From an uncultured Alphaproteobacteria bacterium (GTDB taxonomy: Bacteria; Pseudomonadota; Alphaproteobacteria; Rhizobiales; Xanthobacteraceae), in contig CAWHIO010000027.1 in the NCBI GenBank assembly GCA_963829315.1, positions 2,976 through 66,975 of the forward strand: 64,000 nucleotides of DNA, given 5' to 3'. Both the position numbers and the translations under genes were made by a program. Each line of letters opens with the position of its first letter. The stretch's first letter is position 1. Shown here piece after piece: positions 1 through 10,218 of the stretch. Under the pieces are notes generated by a model that was not told the DNA's origin, ran no database searches, and saw nothing but the letters and a program-made list of their open reading frames with translations.

Positions 1-460
1 CGAGCACTTCGACCAACGCGCCAAGCGGAACGTCGCGTACGTGGCGATGAACACGCCGCCCTCGGCGATCTCGCCCGAAAAACCGACGAAGAAGTTGGAC
101 TCGGTGGTGGCGCCGACGTTGGCCTCGAGCTTCTCTCGCGGACCGCTCGCGACCTTGACGGGACGCGCTGCGCGATCTGGATGCGCTGGCTGCGCCGCCG
201 GTGGCGGCGCCTTGGCCGCCGCCACCGCGGCCGCCGCTGCCGCGTGCGCGGCCGAGCCTTGCCCGGCTTGCACCGTCTTGGCGTTTCCGAGCCCACCCGC
301 GGCGCTCGGCCGCAACGTCGGCACTTGCGCGAGCGGATACAACTTCGACATCACCTGCGCCAACGCCTGGGTCGCCGTGGCGATGCCCTCGTGATTGCTC
401 TTCACGTCTTGCAACAGCGCCATGGTCTGGCTGAGCGAGCCCATCGCGTGCTTCACGTCG
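1..460 (-). CDS. Partial myxobacterial-type PilZ-domain protein (TIGR02266-like), probably foreign/chimeric
   Basis: My minus-strand translation (not in the ORF track) reads DVKHAMGSLSQTMALLQDV, an Ala/Pro linker, then REKLEANVGATTESNFFVGFSGEIAEGGVFIATY. This matches the myxobacterial PilZ motif sNF.tGf..nisEGG.FiAT. It runs off the window edge. Confidence 0.6.
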
Positions 461-492
461 TGCCGTTGAAATCCCCTTGAGGTCGCCTTCGG

Positions 493-864
493 TCAGCAAT
501 ACGGGCAACGGACCAGTGGGCCACAATACCACCACCAATTGCTTACAGGTGCATTCGACCACGCACTCCTCCTCATCCAAAAAGAAATTTTTGACAGAGC
601 ACTCTCTTCCCAAGTCGGCGTGCGGCCGGCGGTATGAACGCGTCGCGTCTCCCGTCCTGTCGACGCGGAAATCACATGTCGCTCGCCACTGGGATGATCC
701 ACGGCCACCATCGCGCCATCGCCGGTATGCGCAGCAATGGCGAGTTCGGCGCCGTTTGGGCCCTGGATGCGGAAAACTCCCGAGAGGCCCCATTCGGGCG
801 TGGTCGCCCACTTGCCGGATCGATCACGGCCGGCTTCCAACATCTGAGGTACCTTGGTTCTCAT
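493..864 (-). CDS. Phage-type hypothetical protein (frameshifted; 3' end uncertain)
   Basis: [13 protein letters not shown]...RTPTWEE, then a frameshift into KNFFLDEEECVVE. Resembles the phage PTWEEM..vK..Fw.deE.vv family. Its ATG overlaps the stop of the Csp gene (ATGA). Confidence 0.4.
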   Translation of the reverse strand: MRTKVPQMLEAGRDRSGKWATTPEWGLSGVFRIQGPNGAELAIAAHTGDGAMVAVDHPSGERHVISASTGRETRRVHTAGRTPTWEESALSKISFWMRRSAWSNAPVSNWWWYCGPLVRCPYC

Positions 865-1069
865 TTGGCCCGCGTCACATTTGAGGCGCACACTTGGCCA
901 GCTTTCTTTGACGGAACTAATTCGAAGGTGACAGCGAGACCGTCGAGTCGTCTGGTAGCGAATCCGATAGGCCCGAGCTGTGAACGAAAATATTCTCGCC
1001 GCCATCGTCAGGAATAATAAATCCAAATCCCTTGGTTTCGTTGAACCACTTCACAATTCCACTTGGCAT
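861..1069 (-). CDS. Cold-shock domain protein (one-base frameshift near 945)
   Basis: Translated by hand: [34 protein letters not shown]...(shift)...[26 protein letters not shown]1 (KGFGFI) and RNP2 (IFVH) are present, with an AAGGA RBS upstream. Confidence 0.85.
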
Positions 1070-1168
1070 TTCCACTTTCCTTTTTGAATTAAAGCCCCAG
1101 TCGCGCGCCCGGCGGATTGCGACTGGCGGGTATTTCCGAGCGCCGTACGTCCAGGCGGCTCGAAACAG

Positions 1169-2697
1169 TTATGCCACCGCGTCGCGCAAGGTCGCGACTT
1201 CCTCCTGAAGGTGCGCCTCAAGGATATGCGCGGCCCATGCCTTTGGATCGCGGCCCATGTTTCGGAGGAGGAGACACCAGCCCTTCAACCGGGTCGGCTT
1301 TGATTGCGTCTTCCATTGAAATATAGCGTTTGAGGGCTTCGGCGACCGTCGTTCCCTGCAACTCGGCGAGCGAATGAAACTCCGCAAGCTCGGCGTCACG
1401 AGCCGCACCTTCGGCATATTTCGCCATTCCATTCGTGAGCTCGTCGGCCATCCGCTGGCATTCGTCGCGCAAGGTCGGGTGCATAATGTCCCAAATTGAC
1501 TGGGAAATTTTTCCGAGTAGCACCTTTGGAATTGGAAACATTTGGAGGACCTTTCCCATCACGCGTTCATCGCCCGGTCGACACGATTCGCGAATGCTGG
1601 TACCGCCGTATCGGTTGCCGGCGGAGTCGGCGCCGCCCGCGCCGTGGATGCTCTTGTCGGGGCCGCGCGGGGCGCTTCTGGCAGTCGTGCGGCGAACGTG
1701 GTTCGGATGGCGAGTTATTGCCGCAGCCCGGAGGAGCGTGCTCCTCGGGTCGGCATCGTGTTGAAAGCGCGGATCCTCTAAGACTTCCGATATCAAATCG
1801 AGCTCGGCATCTGCTTTCGGCATGTGGCCGCTTTTCTGCATCGCCAGGATGGTCGCGAGGATATGGTCATTGCGCGCTTGCAGCGCTTCCTGGCGCGCCT
1901 GCGCGGCCATGCGCCGTTCATATTGAGGAATTTCGCTTTCAATTGCGGGCGCCCCAAATCGTGCGGCCACTTTTGCGGCCTCAAACGAAAGGTTGCCGCC
2001 GCGAAGCGCGGTGTCGATTTGGAGCACTTCTTTGAGTATGGCGGGAATCCGCTTGCCATAGGCCGCGATCCACATCCGCAGCTCGCTCGCATCTTGCTGA
2101 TCAATTCGAGCGCGGCGGAACGAGGCCCTAACCCCCTTTTCGTTCACCTCGGCGCCGGCAACATAGTCCGGCATGGGCAAAACGCGACTGTAGGCCGCCA
2201 TTAGGGTTTGGAAAGCGGCGGCCGGATCGCGCATCAACATTTGCTCCAACTGAGCCGTCTGCACCAAAATTTCATGCAGTGACGCTGCGGGGTACAGGTG
2301 CCGAAGCCGAGCCCGAACGTCGCGGAATTCTTCGTCGCTAATCATCGTGTCGCTCGGGATGCCAGAGACCGCAGCCATTGCTTTTTGGACGGTGCCGAGT
2401 ACGGCTCGCCTTTCTTGCAAACTGGCAGTGTCTCGGGTCCCCTTACTAACGGGCGAGCCAAACGCTCCTGTTTCGTTTCGGGCCGCACTTTGGGGTCGCG
2501 GTTTTCCACCGCAGCCCGCGCCTTGGCGATATCCTTGCGTCTTTTTACGCGCACTTCGGCGTCAGTAAGCGTGCGCTTCGCCGACCAATCGCTCGAAACA
2601 GCGCGGGTATAGCTCGGGCCGCTGCCGCCGCCGGACGAGAGGGCGCGAGCGTCGCGGGCGCTATCGTGAACGGTGCGGGTGCGTAATCGGTGGTCAT
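1169..2697 (-). CDS. Probably two frameshift-merged helical proteins resembling phage capsid scaffolding proteins
   Basis: ORF 1218..2420 plus upstream fragments. Segments W..mHPtlRdEcqRM..El..G.aKY and GTTVAEALKRYISMEDAIKADPVEGL, and an SIHGA..SIRES segment, resemble podophage scaffold proteins (recalled similarity, not searched). Confidence 0.4.
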
Positions 2698-3163
2698 CTT
2701 GAGAATACTTTCCTGGTTGCTTTGCGCGCCTCGGTGGCAACGCGAGAAATCTCTTTGGCCGTAGACACGCTCCACCCGTCGCGAGTCAAATGAGTTACGC
2801 AGGGACTGGAGTGCTCTAGTTCCTCATGCAAAGTGTGCATCTGGCTGACAGCCGTCCAGCCGTCGATTGCGGCGGGTTCAGGCTTGGCTGGCACCGGCGC
2901 GGGCTTGGGTGCTGGCGCGGGTACTGCGGCAATTGCCAATGCCTTGCGAGCGTGCCGGTTGGAAATGCTCGTACAGATGCCGACCGCATTTCCTGGCTGA
3001 TGCCGCAATCGCGCAGCGCGCCGAGATCAGGACCGTTTCGGATTTGGTTTGCCAGTTCGGCGGCGGTTTGCCACTGGACGCCGACCGACTCCAGGATAGC
3101 GCTTGATGGCGCCAACTCCTCTATTTGTCGATTGAGCGCGGCGAAGGCTTCAGGCGTCAACAT
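2694..3163 (-). CDS. Hypothetical protein with three L..xG....A..I helical motifs (frameshift ~2990)
   Basis: ORFs 2816..3163 and 2694..3008 join into one protein with a Pro/Ala linker. Confidence 0.5.
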
Positions 3164-3273
3164 TGACGACGTCCTCCGCGCTATGATGCAGGACCAGGGC
3201 TGCCAAAAAGGGCCCCGGTGGCCTGCTCGTTCTTTGAATTCGAGTGAACCGATCTGAGAGCTCTAACCACCTT

Positions 3274-4020
3274 TCATTGCAGGCCGCGCGTTCCGCGACC
3301 CTTTCCACCCTGGCGGCAGCGCGATCCGCGGCGAGAGCGGCGCGTTTGGCTCGGCGCGCTTCGAATTCTAGCGGCTCGTTGTGCTGGCGGCTGTCGGGCC
3401 TCGTTGGCTTTGCGCGTCACGGCTGCAGTCATCGCGCACCCGCTTTGGTGGCTTTGGCGGCGGCTTTGTCCACGGTCTGCCGGACCGAGTTCGCCGATCG
3501 GCGTTGAGTCCTGCGGAGGCAGACGCAATTGGCGTAGCGCCTCGTCGTTTTCGGCTTCGAGGCGGGTCAGTTCCGCAAGTACGGCTTCGAGCGCCATCGG
3601 GTTCTGGCGGACCCTTTGATACAGCTTACTCGAAAGGTGTTCGATGCGATCGGCGTCCCAAGAATTTAGCGCGGCAATGACCAAATCAGCAGCGTGGAGG
3701 GCAGGTAAGATGTGAACCGAGGGTGGGTTCGGCGGCGTGGAAAGCGGTCGCCTTGTGCGTGACCTGGCCATCAGTGCGCCCCCGCCGTGGTGAAGCCCGG
3801 CCGCCAGTGCGATCGCGTCCGACGAAGCGAATCCCATGCGGTGCAGCGCTTCGCTGTTGCCGACCCCGGCAGTCATCATGGCCGAAATCGCAATCGCGAC
3901 GGGATAGCTGAAACCAGCCTCGCACAGCGTGTTTGCACTGTTCGTGCCGTTGATCGCTGCGGCCAAAACCGTGGCGGACGGGTAGCTGACAGCGATTAGC
4001 TTTGAGGGATCGAAGGTCAT
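3274..4020 (-). CDS. Two or three small hypothetical genes merged by frameshifts (first ~4020-3771 carries GF-motif repeats)
   Basis: ORF 3274..4020, with an internal TGATG stop/start overlap at ~3771. Confidence 0.45.
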   Translation of the reverse strand: MTFDPSKLIAVSYPSATVLAAAINGTNSANTLCEAGFSYPVAIAISAMMTAGVGNSEALHRMGFASSDAIALAAGLHHGGGALMARSRTRRPLSTPPNPPSVHILPALHAADLVIAALNSWDADRIEHLSSKLYQRVRQNPMALEAVLAELTRLEAENDEALRQLRLPPQDSTPIGELGPADRGQSRRQSHQSGCAMTAAVTRKANEARQPPAQRAARIRSAPSQTRRSRRGSRCRQGGKGRGTRGLQ

Positions 4021-4259
4021 GGCTGATACAATCCTGACGTGATTGCGGCGGCGAGCACGAGTGCGTCCTCATTGGTAAATCCCGCACGCCGGATCGTATC
4101 GACGTTTGGGACACCGCTTACGAGCATCGCGTGCACCGTCGAATTGTTGTACAAAACGTTAGGGCTGACGGTGACGCCCATACCCGGCGCGAGCATTGCG
4201 GGTCTGGTGACGCCGAATTTACTTTCCGTTGGCCAGGTGGCGGGATCGCTGGTTATCAT
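4017..4259 (-). CDS. Small hypothetical protein with an AGF..EDA..LAAAI motif
   Basis: 80-aa ORF, translationally coupled to its neighbours. Confidence 0.55.
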   Translation of the reverse strand: MITSDPATWPTESKFGVTRPAMLAPGMGVTVSPNVLYNNSTVHAMLVSGVPNVDTIRRAGFTNEDALVLAAAITSGLYQP

Positions 4260-4414
4260 TTACGCGGCCTCAATCGCGACAAAAGCGTCCGGCAGCGGAT
4301 CGCCGCGGGGCACGCGTTTGACCAGGTGTTCGGCGCCGGGCGCAACGGGCGCGGGAACGCCGGCGGGACCTGCGGCGTGGTCGGCCAGGGCTTTGGCGTG
4401 GGCGGCTGCGTCGC

Positions 4415-4606
4415 TCACTTCGCCACCTGCTCGGCGCAAGAGATCAGGCGTTCCAGGTCAGAAGCGCGCAACGAGCGCATCTTTGCCGATAGCGCGACGA
4501 TCGGAATGTTGAATTTCTTACACGCCCGCTCGATCGGCCTGTTCGAACGCACGCCAAGCGCTGCGCGAACCTCGGGAAAGCGGACGAGCGTGGTTGACGG
4601 GGACAT
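4415..4606 (-). CDS. Small AlpA/Xis-like HTH protein
   Basis: MSPSTTLVRFPEVRAALGVRS...LRASDLERLI shows the winged-HTH excisionase pattern. Confidence 0.55.
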   Translation of the reverse strand: MSPSTTLVRFPEVRAALGVRSNRPIERACKKFNIPIVALSAKMRSLRASDLERLISCAEQVAK

Positions 4607-5110
4607 GTGACAGCCTTTCGAAGGGGCGGCGCGCAGCGGGATGAACCGCCGCGACGCCAATAGAAGCAGTGGAGGTGCGCTTTATCCCGCCGCAGCGGTC
4701 AGGGTCTGAGCCTATTTTTGCGGGTATGAGCCGCCGGGCGGTCCGGTTTGTCTCGACGAGGCGCTGCAGGCGCTGCGAAGGCGATGATCAGTCGCAAACC
4801 ATTCCACAGACCATCGTACACGCAAATACCGAACCAATCCCTAAAGAACCGCACAGCGTAAGCAGCGACATGCAGGCGTGATGAGGCGCATTGATGCAAC
4901 CGGCGGCGCTACCAGGTGCGTTTTCCAGGGGCAAGCAAGAAGCCCGCGGCGCGGCGGAGGGGTGCGCGCCCGTCAGACGGCGGCGAGCCGCCACATAAAG
5001 CCCAGCGCGCCAGTGCCGAATAGCGGATTATATATCCGCGTCTCAACCATTATTCTAAATGATTTCAACTAGTTATATTTGCGTGTTGCGCCCGTGTTGC
5101 GCCGCCGGGG

Positions 5111-5449
5111 CTATCCCTCGTGTTCGATCGTCTTCATTGCGGCCCTCGGGCCGGCGGTTATCAGACCCGCCGAATCGGCGTAGCGCAGGATCTGCACGAC
5201 TATTCCGGGCCGCCTTCGCCATCGCTTGCGGTGAGTGTTGTGCTGGCCAACCTGGCATGAACGTAAGGCGCCGCCGCCTTGGCCATATCGATGCGAACCA
5301 GTGCGTCGACCGTTCGTCGCGCATGATCCGCAACATGTACTCAAGCGGCGTATCGCCGGCCTCCGCCGCGGCGATAGCGATCGCCTGCGACTTTTTGGTC
5401 AGCGAGCCTCGCGGACTCCCGCCCCGGGTCTTTTTCCACCGCGCGCCAT
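5111..5449 (-). CDS. Terminase small subunit-like protein (frameshifted)
   Basis: Joined frames read MARGGKRPGAG / RGSLTKKSQAIAIAAAEAGDTPLEYMLRIMRDE / RIDMAKAAAPYVHARL, the typical TerS-like GG.R.GAG and TPL.yML / AkaAAPYvH motifs. Confidence 0.65.
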
Positions 5450-5590
5450 CTTTTTTGAATTCCTTGAATTGCGCCGAAACACAATCATGCGGCATGGGCC
5501 TTAAAAACACCCTTACGGACGCCGCCCCAGCTCGCCGCGCAAGGCACGACGACTTCGCCGGGCGCCCCAACGGCCGATGCCTGTCCAATG

Positions 5591-5929
5591 CTAGGTAGCA
5601 AGCGCCCTGCACCAGGGCCGCGCCGCGTGGCCCTCTATGGCGGCGTCAAGGCGTTGCATCAGCGCCACGCCGCCGCGATCGTGCAGCGCCTCCGCGACGA
5701 AGCGCAGACGAAAAACGGCGAGCTGCAACGGCGAGTAGGCACTGCCTTCCGCTGGGACGTCAGCGGCCTGGGCGGATAGGGTTTCCAGCAACACACGCTG
5801 AAGTGCCTCGGCCGGGGTCATTTCGACAGGGCGGGCTTGGGTTCCACTTCGAGCACTATCCGGGTTAGGGGGCCGGTACTGGTCGAAGATCACCCGCCGA
5901 AGGATGAAACGTGGTTTGGCTTTTGCCAT
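5591..5929 (-). CDS. Hypothetical protein
   Basis: MAKAKPRFILRR... preceded by an AAGGAAAG RBS, directly after the helicase gene. Confidence 0.5.
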   Translation of the reverse strand: MAKAKPRFILRRVIFDQYRPPNPDSARSGTQARPVEMTPAEALQRVLLETLSAQAADVPAEGSAYSPLQLAVFRLRFVAEALHDRGGVALMQRLDAAIEGHAARPWCRALAT

Positions 5930-5994
5930 TGGTGCTTTCCTTTCTTGCTTCACTGGTAAGCGCTGCGCGACCCTCAAGGGCGCGCGTTTGCGCC

Positions 5995-8228
5995 TTAGGG
6001 GGTATGGGGGGTAGAACACACAGCCCGTTGGCACCCGTTGGCAGTATGCGACGTTAGCAGGCGTTGGCACCCCGTTTTTAGGGTGCGTTGGCAGGCGTTA
6101 GAGCCGTTAGCAGGCGTTGGCAGGTCGATCGCATATAGACGAAACATCTTTTTCGATGGTGCCCCATAGGATGAATTCTCTATCCTCTTGCGGTTTATCA
6201 GCCGCTCCATGGCATCTTTGAGCGCGCGCCTGTCGACGCCCTCCTTGGCCGCGTCGCTCCGGAATATGAATGGCGCGTAACTCTTGCCTTCGCTCAGACT
6301 CACAAATCGTATTCTGCGGCCGCGTACTTTCCCAGCAGGTCGAGAAACACCCGCTCGGCCTTTGCGCCCGATACCACCGGGTCACCGCCACGGCCTCCCG
6401 CTCGAGCAAACACACCCGCCCGCCACTGCATCGGGACTTCCAGTCCGACGCGGCCATAGTTCGATTTGCCGACCCTCAATACCCGCGCATCTTCATCATT
6501 TCCGCTCGGCCGTCCTTTTCGTGAACGCGCTTGAAATAGAGCCGCGAACGGACCGAATTGCCCCACCGGTTGAACCGGACGTTCCCTTTTCCATGCCCGC
6601 AAGGCTCGGATGCGCCAGGACAACAATGGTGCAATCATAGGAAAGGCAAAGCCGTCGCAGCATGCCGATGAATTGCCGGGCCTGGGCTCGAATGATCTCA
6701 TTGCCGCCGAACACGTCTGCCAGAGTATCAAGTGCCACGAGCGCGGGGCGCGTCTCGGCGATCACGCTTTCCAGCTCGTTATAGAGCGCCGTGACAGTCA
6801 ACGCCCCGCCGCGACTATCCGGAGCGACAGCGAGCATGGCATCCGTCTCGGCCAGGCTGGTCAGGTGCAGCCCGGATAACGCGCCCAGCGGCACGCCGGT
6901 AGGCCCGCGACACGTCAAAAGCCGGCGGTGCATCTCGTCAAGGCTATCTTCCGCCGTGATGAATTCGACGGGCCCTTGCTTGACCGCATGGCCAAAGAAA
7001 TGCTTTCCCGTCATAACAGCCACGGCAAGCTGGAGCGCCAACAGACTTTTGCCAGTACCACCGTCGCCATAGAGCAGCGTGACGTTCTTCGCCGGGATCA
7101 GGCACGTGACAAGCCATTCGCGCTGCGGCACGGGCAAGCCCTCAAGCGATGCGGCATTGATACGACGCTCGCGTAACTCCGTGGCTTCCTCATCTCCCCA
7201 GCCGTATTCCTCGCTGGGCCCCGGCAGCGACGCGCCCGGTGGAAGCGTCCCATAAGGAAGCGGCGGCAGCGACGCGCCCGCGTTGGCCGCTATCTGCGCC
7301 AGCCGACGTCCCGGAACATAAACGCGCTGGACTTGCCGACACGGCAAGCAATGCCGCGGTCGTGCGCCCATTTGAATATGGATTCCATTTTCACGGGGTT
7401 GCCGGGATAGTCGCGGCAGCATGAGGCCCATCCGTTATTGGTCATTTCGGCGGGGTCGGACGATGCCGCGTCGATTACCTCGCGGCCGTCGACTTCACCA
7501 AACTCCCAGCCGGCGGCGAACGCGAACAGCTCTTTCCAAACGTGATAGCGATCAAGCGACCCCTCGTCATCGGGGTGCGCGTCGCTATATGCCCGGCATC
7601 GCTTGTAAAGTTCGATCGCGTCGGAGCGGTCCCATTTGCCTAATTCGCGATTGACTGGGACAGCGGCGCGCTCGGCCTTGGCAGGCCAGAGTTTGAGCAA
7701 TGGCGTCCCGTCGTAAAGCTCGGTCGTTTTCGAAAAGAACCGATATGGCTTACCGTCGAAACAAGAGGGCGGCGCGACTGTCTGGCTGTTGCCGACGAGA
7801 AGGTCTCCCCATGGGAATTTCAGCTTTGTGAGCTTGAAGCTGTCGGGAAGCTGGAAAAATATATGATAGCCGTCCCGCGCGCTGCAGACGTGAGGATCTG
7901 GAATTTCAATTCCCAGCTCGCTGCGGAACCATTCGGCGGCCATATCCCACCGGCCGGCCTCAATATCAACCGTCGCCGCGTTCGAGGCGCCGGCATGAAC
8001 GCCGACGATTGCTCCGGCCGCACGCCACTTGCGCCATTCAGCGGGGTCCTTGCTCGACCGGTTTTGCCAGTCGTTACCAACCGGCGACTTTTGGCCAGCG
8101 TGCACCTCAAGCAGCGCCAGCCCATGGCGCTCGGCAAATGTTAAAAACGAATTGTCAACGTTTGCGGAAAGGCTTGACGGGGCGGCAGTATCGTTATATG
8201 ATAATCGTAATAGTACATGTTGGGTCAT
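5995..8228 (-). CDS. Bifunctional primase-polymerase (Prim-Pol) fused to a RepA-like AAA helicase; split by frameshifts
   Basis: The N-part has KSP..NDWQ, a TVDIE acidic motif, GYHIFF and VAPPS (Prim-Pol). The C-part has Walker A GDGGTGKS, Walker B ALVALDTL, VLAHPS and GTSGSTG (AAA_25/RepA type). Confidence 0.8.
6026..6122 (+). repeat. Iteron-like direct repeats CGTT(G/A)GCA, candidate replication origin
   Basis: Seven exact copies at 6026, 6036, 6052, 6062, 6086, 6105 and 6115, plus a degenerate one at 6096. Confidence 0.65.
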
Positions 8229-8293
8229 TGGGTCATTCTGATCTAGCGTTGGTATTCAAACGGTCGGCGACTGCATATCGCGCGATCCGGAAT

Positions 8294-8515
8294 TCAAAGG
8301 GCCGCCTGGCAAGGGCGACCCTTTTCTTTTGTGCGCTCGGCGGGGGTCAGCGATTTGCGCGCGGCAAGAATTGAGGCCCGGTAAAACTGGACGCGACCAT
8401 GCCCGCTGCACGGCGCCGCAATTCGCCGCTCCGCAACCCACTGGTAAAGTGTCGAATGCGTTGTCCCGCCAAGCAGCTTGCAAGCTTCCGCGGGTGAGAC
8501 GAAACCGCCGGACAT
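8294..8515 (-). CDS. Excisionase-like HTH protein
   Basis: VSPAEACKLLGGTTHSTLYQWVAERRI is a MerR/Xis-type HTH. Confidence 0.75.
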   Translation of the reverse strand: MSGGFVSPAEACKLLGGTTHSTLYQWVAERRIAAPCSGHGRVQFYRASILAARKSLTPAERTKEKGRPCQAAL

Positions 8516-8706
8516 CAGGCTGCTTCAAACGCGGCGTGAAATACGCGCAGATTAAGCGCCCAGCGGCCGGCGATCTTCTTCGCACCAGGCACTTTGCCGC
8601 TTTCCAGCGCTCCGAAGGCACCTTTCACGGTTCTTCCGATGTGAGGCGCAATGGCTTGAGCGCCCCAAACGACGTCGGCCGTGGTTTCAGTTGTTTGGAT
8701 AGACAT
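8515..8706 (-). CDS. Small DNA-binding protein (Xis/AlpA-like)
   Basis: DVVWGAQAIAPHIGRT...ESGKVPGAKKIAGRW is a common integrase-adjacent HTH. Confidence 0.7.
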   Translation of the reverse strand: MSIQTTETTADVVWGAQAIAPHIGRTVKGAFGALESGKVPGAKKIAGRWALNLRVFHAAFEAA

Positions 8707-8899
8707 GGTGCGAAGACTCCAATTTTGGAGTGCTCGCAGGGCATGGAAGCCGAGGGCGAGCACAAAGATGTGCCATTCGCTCTCGACATGAAGCCGGTTC
8801 AATGCCGTTCGGGGTTTCGCGGGGCGATCCTGCCGCCCCCATCAGCTTACTAACCCTGGATGCTCGACAAGAATTGCGCCCTATTCCTTAAAATTTCCC

Positions 8900-10118
8900 T
8901 TACCCAAATTTTCCCTCGGCTGCCGCCAACTCCGCCGCATCGTCGCCACGCGGAAAGAGATGCGAGTAAAGATCGGCCGTGATCGCGATGTTGCTGTGTC
9001 CAAGGCGTTCCGAAACGATCTTGAGCGGCAATTCCAATCCGCCATCAACCTTCCGGTTGATGCACCAACTGGCAAAGTAATGCCGGAGCGCGTGCAAGCC
9101 GCTATACTTTGTCTCGCCGGCCGGTTTCGTCACGCCAGCATCAATCAGCGTCGGCGCCAAGCCGCGCGTCACGATGTTCGCGTGACTCTCGATATTTCCA
9201 TCGCCGTTCGGGAAAACATAGTGCAGTTCGCTGCGCGCGTTCCGCGGGCAGATCAGTTTCCATTCCTCGAGCGCTTGGAGCGTAGCTGGCGGAATCGGGA
9301 CGGTGCGCTCGCCAGCTTCCGACTTGGGCGCACCAATCTTGCCATAGGCGTCGGCGCGCTGGCGAACGTGAAGCGCGGCCTTTTTGAAGTCTACATCCGA
9401 CCATGGGAGGCCGCGCAGTTCGGACGCGCGCAAACCGCAGCGTATCGCCGACTAGCAGGAACGGACGCCATCTGCCTTTGGCAGCCGCTAGGATTGCGTC
9501 AATTTCGTTTGGCGTCGGAATGTCCACTCCGACTTTTAACCGCCCCTTGGCGCGCCGCTCGGCCTTGCGTTCCTTGCCGCGCTTGCGGCTGGCGCGGAGA
9601 TTGCGAACAGCGTTCGTCCCGGCGTGACCACGCTCGACCGCATCGGCAATGACTGAGCCTAGCGACGTCGTGACCCGTTTAACCATGTCGGCGGCGCGTG
9701 GTTCGGCCTCCGTCTGCCCCGGCGCCGGCACGCCTTTGCGGAGTTTGTCTTGCCAGTCTCGCACGATCGCAACCGTGAGCGCCGATAGCTTCACGCCACC
9801 GAGATAGGGCACAATGTGCAGATTTAGGTGCTGCTGATACCCGTCAACTGTGGTGCGTTCCAGATCGCCGCAGCTATCAATCCAACCGCGGCCAGCCGCT
9901 TCGACCGTGACAGATTTCGACGCCGGTACGTGCACGCCCTTGCCGACATCAACGCGGACCTGCGCATGGAAAGTGTCCGCGTCCTTTTTGCGATCAAAGA
10001 ATTTGACGTGCCGCTTGCGCTTACCGCGGCTGTCCAGTTCGGCCACCGAGTACTGAACCAAATACGCTTTGCGTTCCTCGCCGCCCTTTGTCGTCCAGGT
10101 GTGCGTTCGAACCGACAT
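8900..10118 (-). CDS. int: Tyrosine recombinase/integrase (frameshift ~9445)
   Basis: Catalytic residues are visible in RASELRGL, HALRH, LGHS and DLYSH; N-terminal arm-binding region; adjacent to the att site. Confidence 0.92.
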
Positions 10119-10218
10119 TTGAAATTCCCCGCGTTTCCTCGCAATTGCCTTATACTCCAGGCGCAACATAAGCGCAATACGCGGCCGAATTATCTAATAA
10201 TTTCAAACTTAAATTGGG

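Noticed and set aside
6026-6122. CRISPR array
   Set aside because: The units are 8 bp with 1-16 bp gaps, and no cas genes are present in the window.
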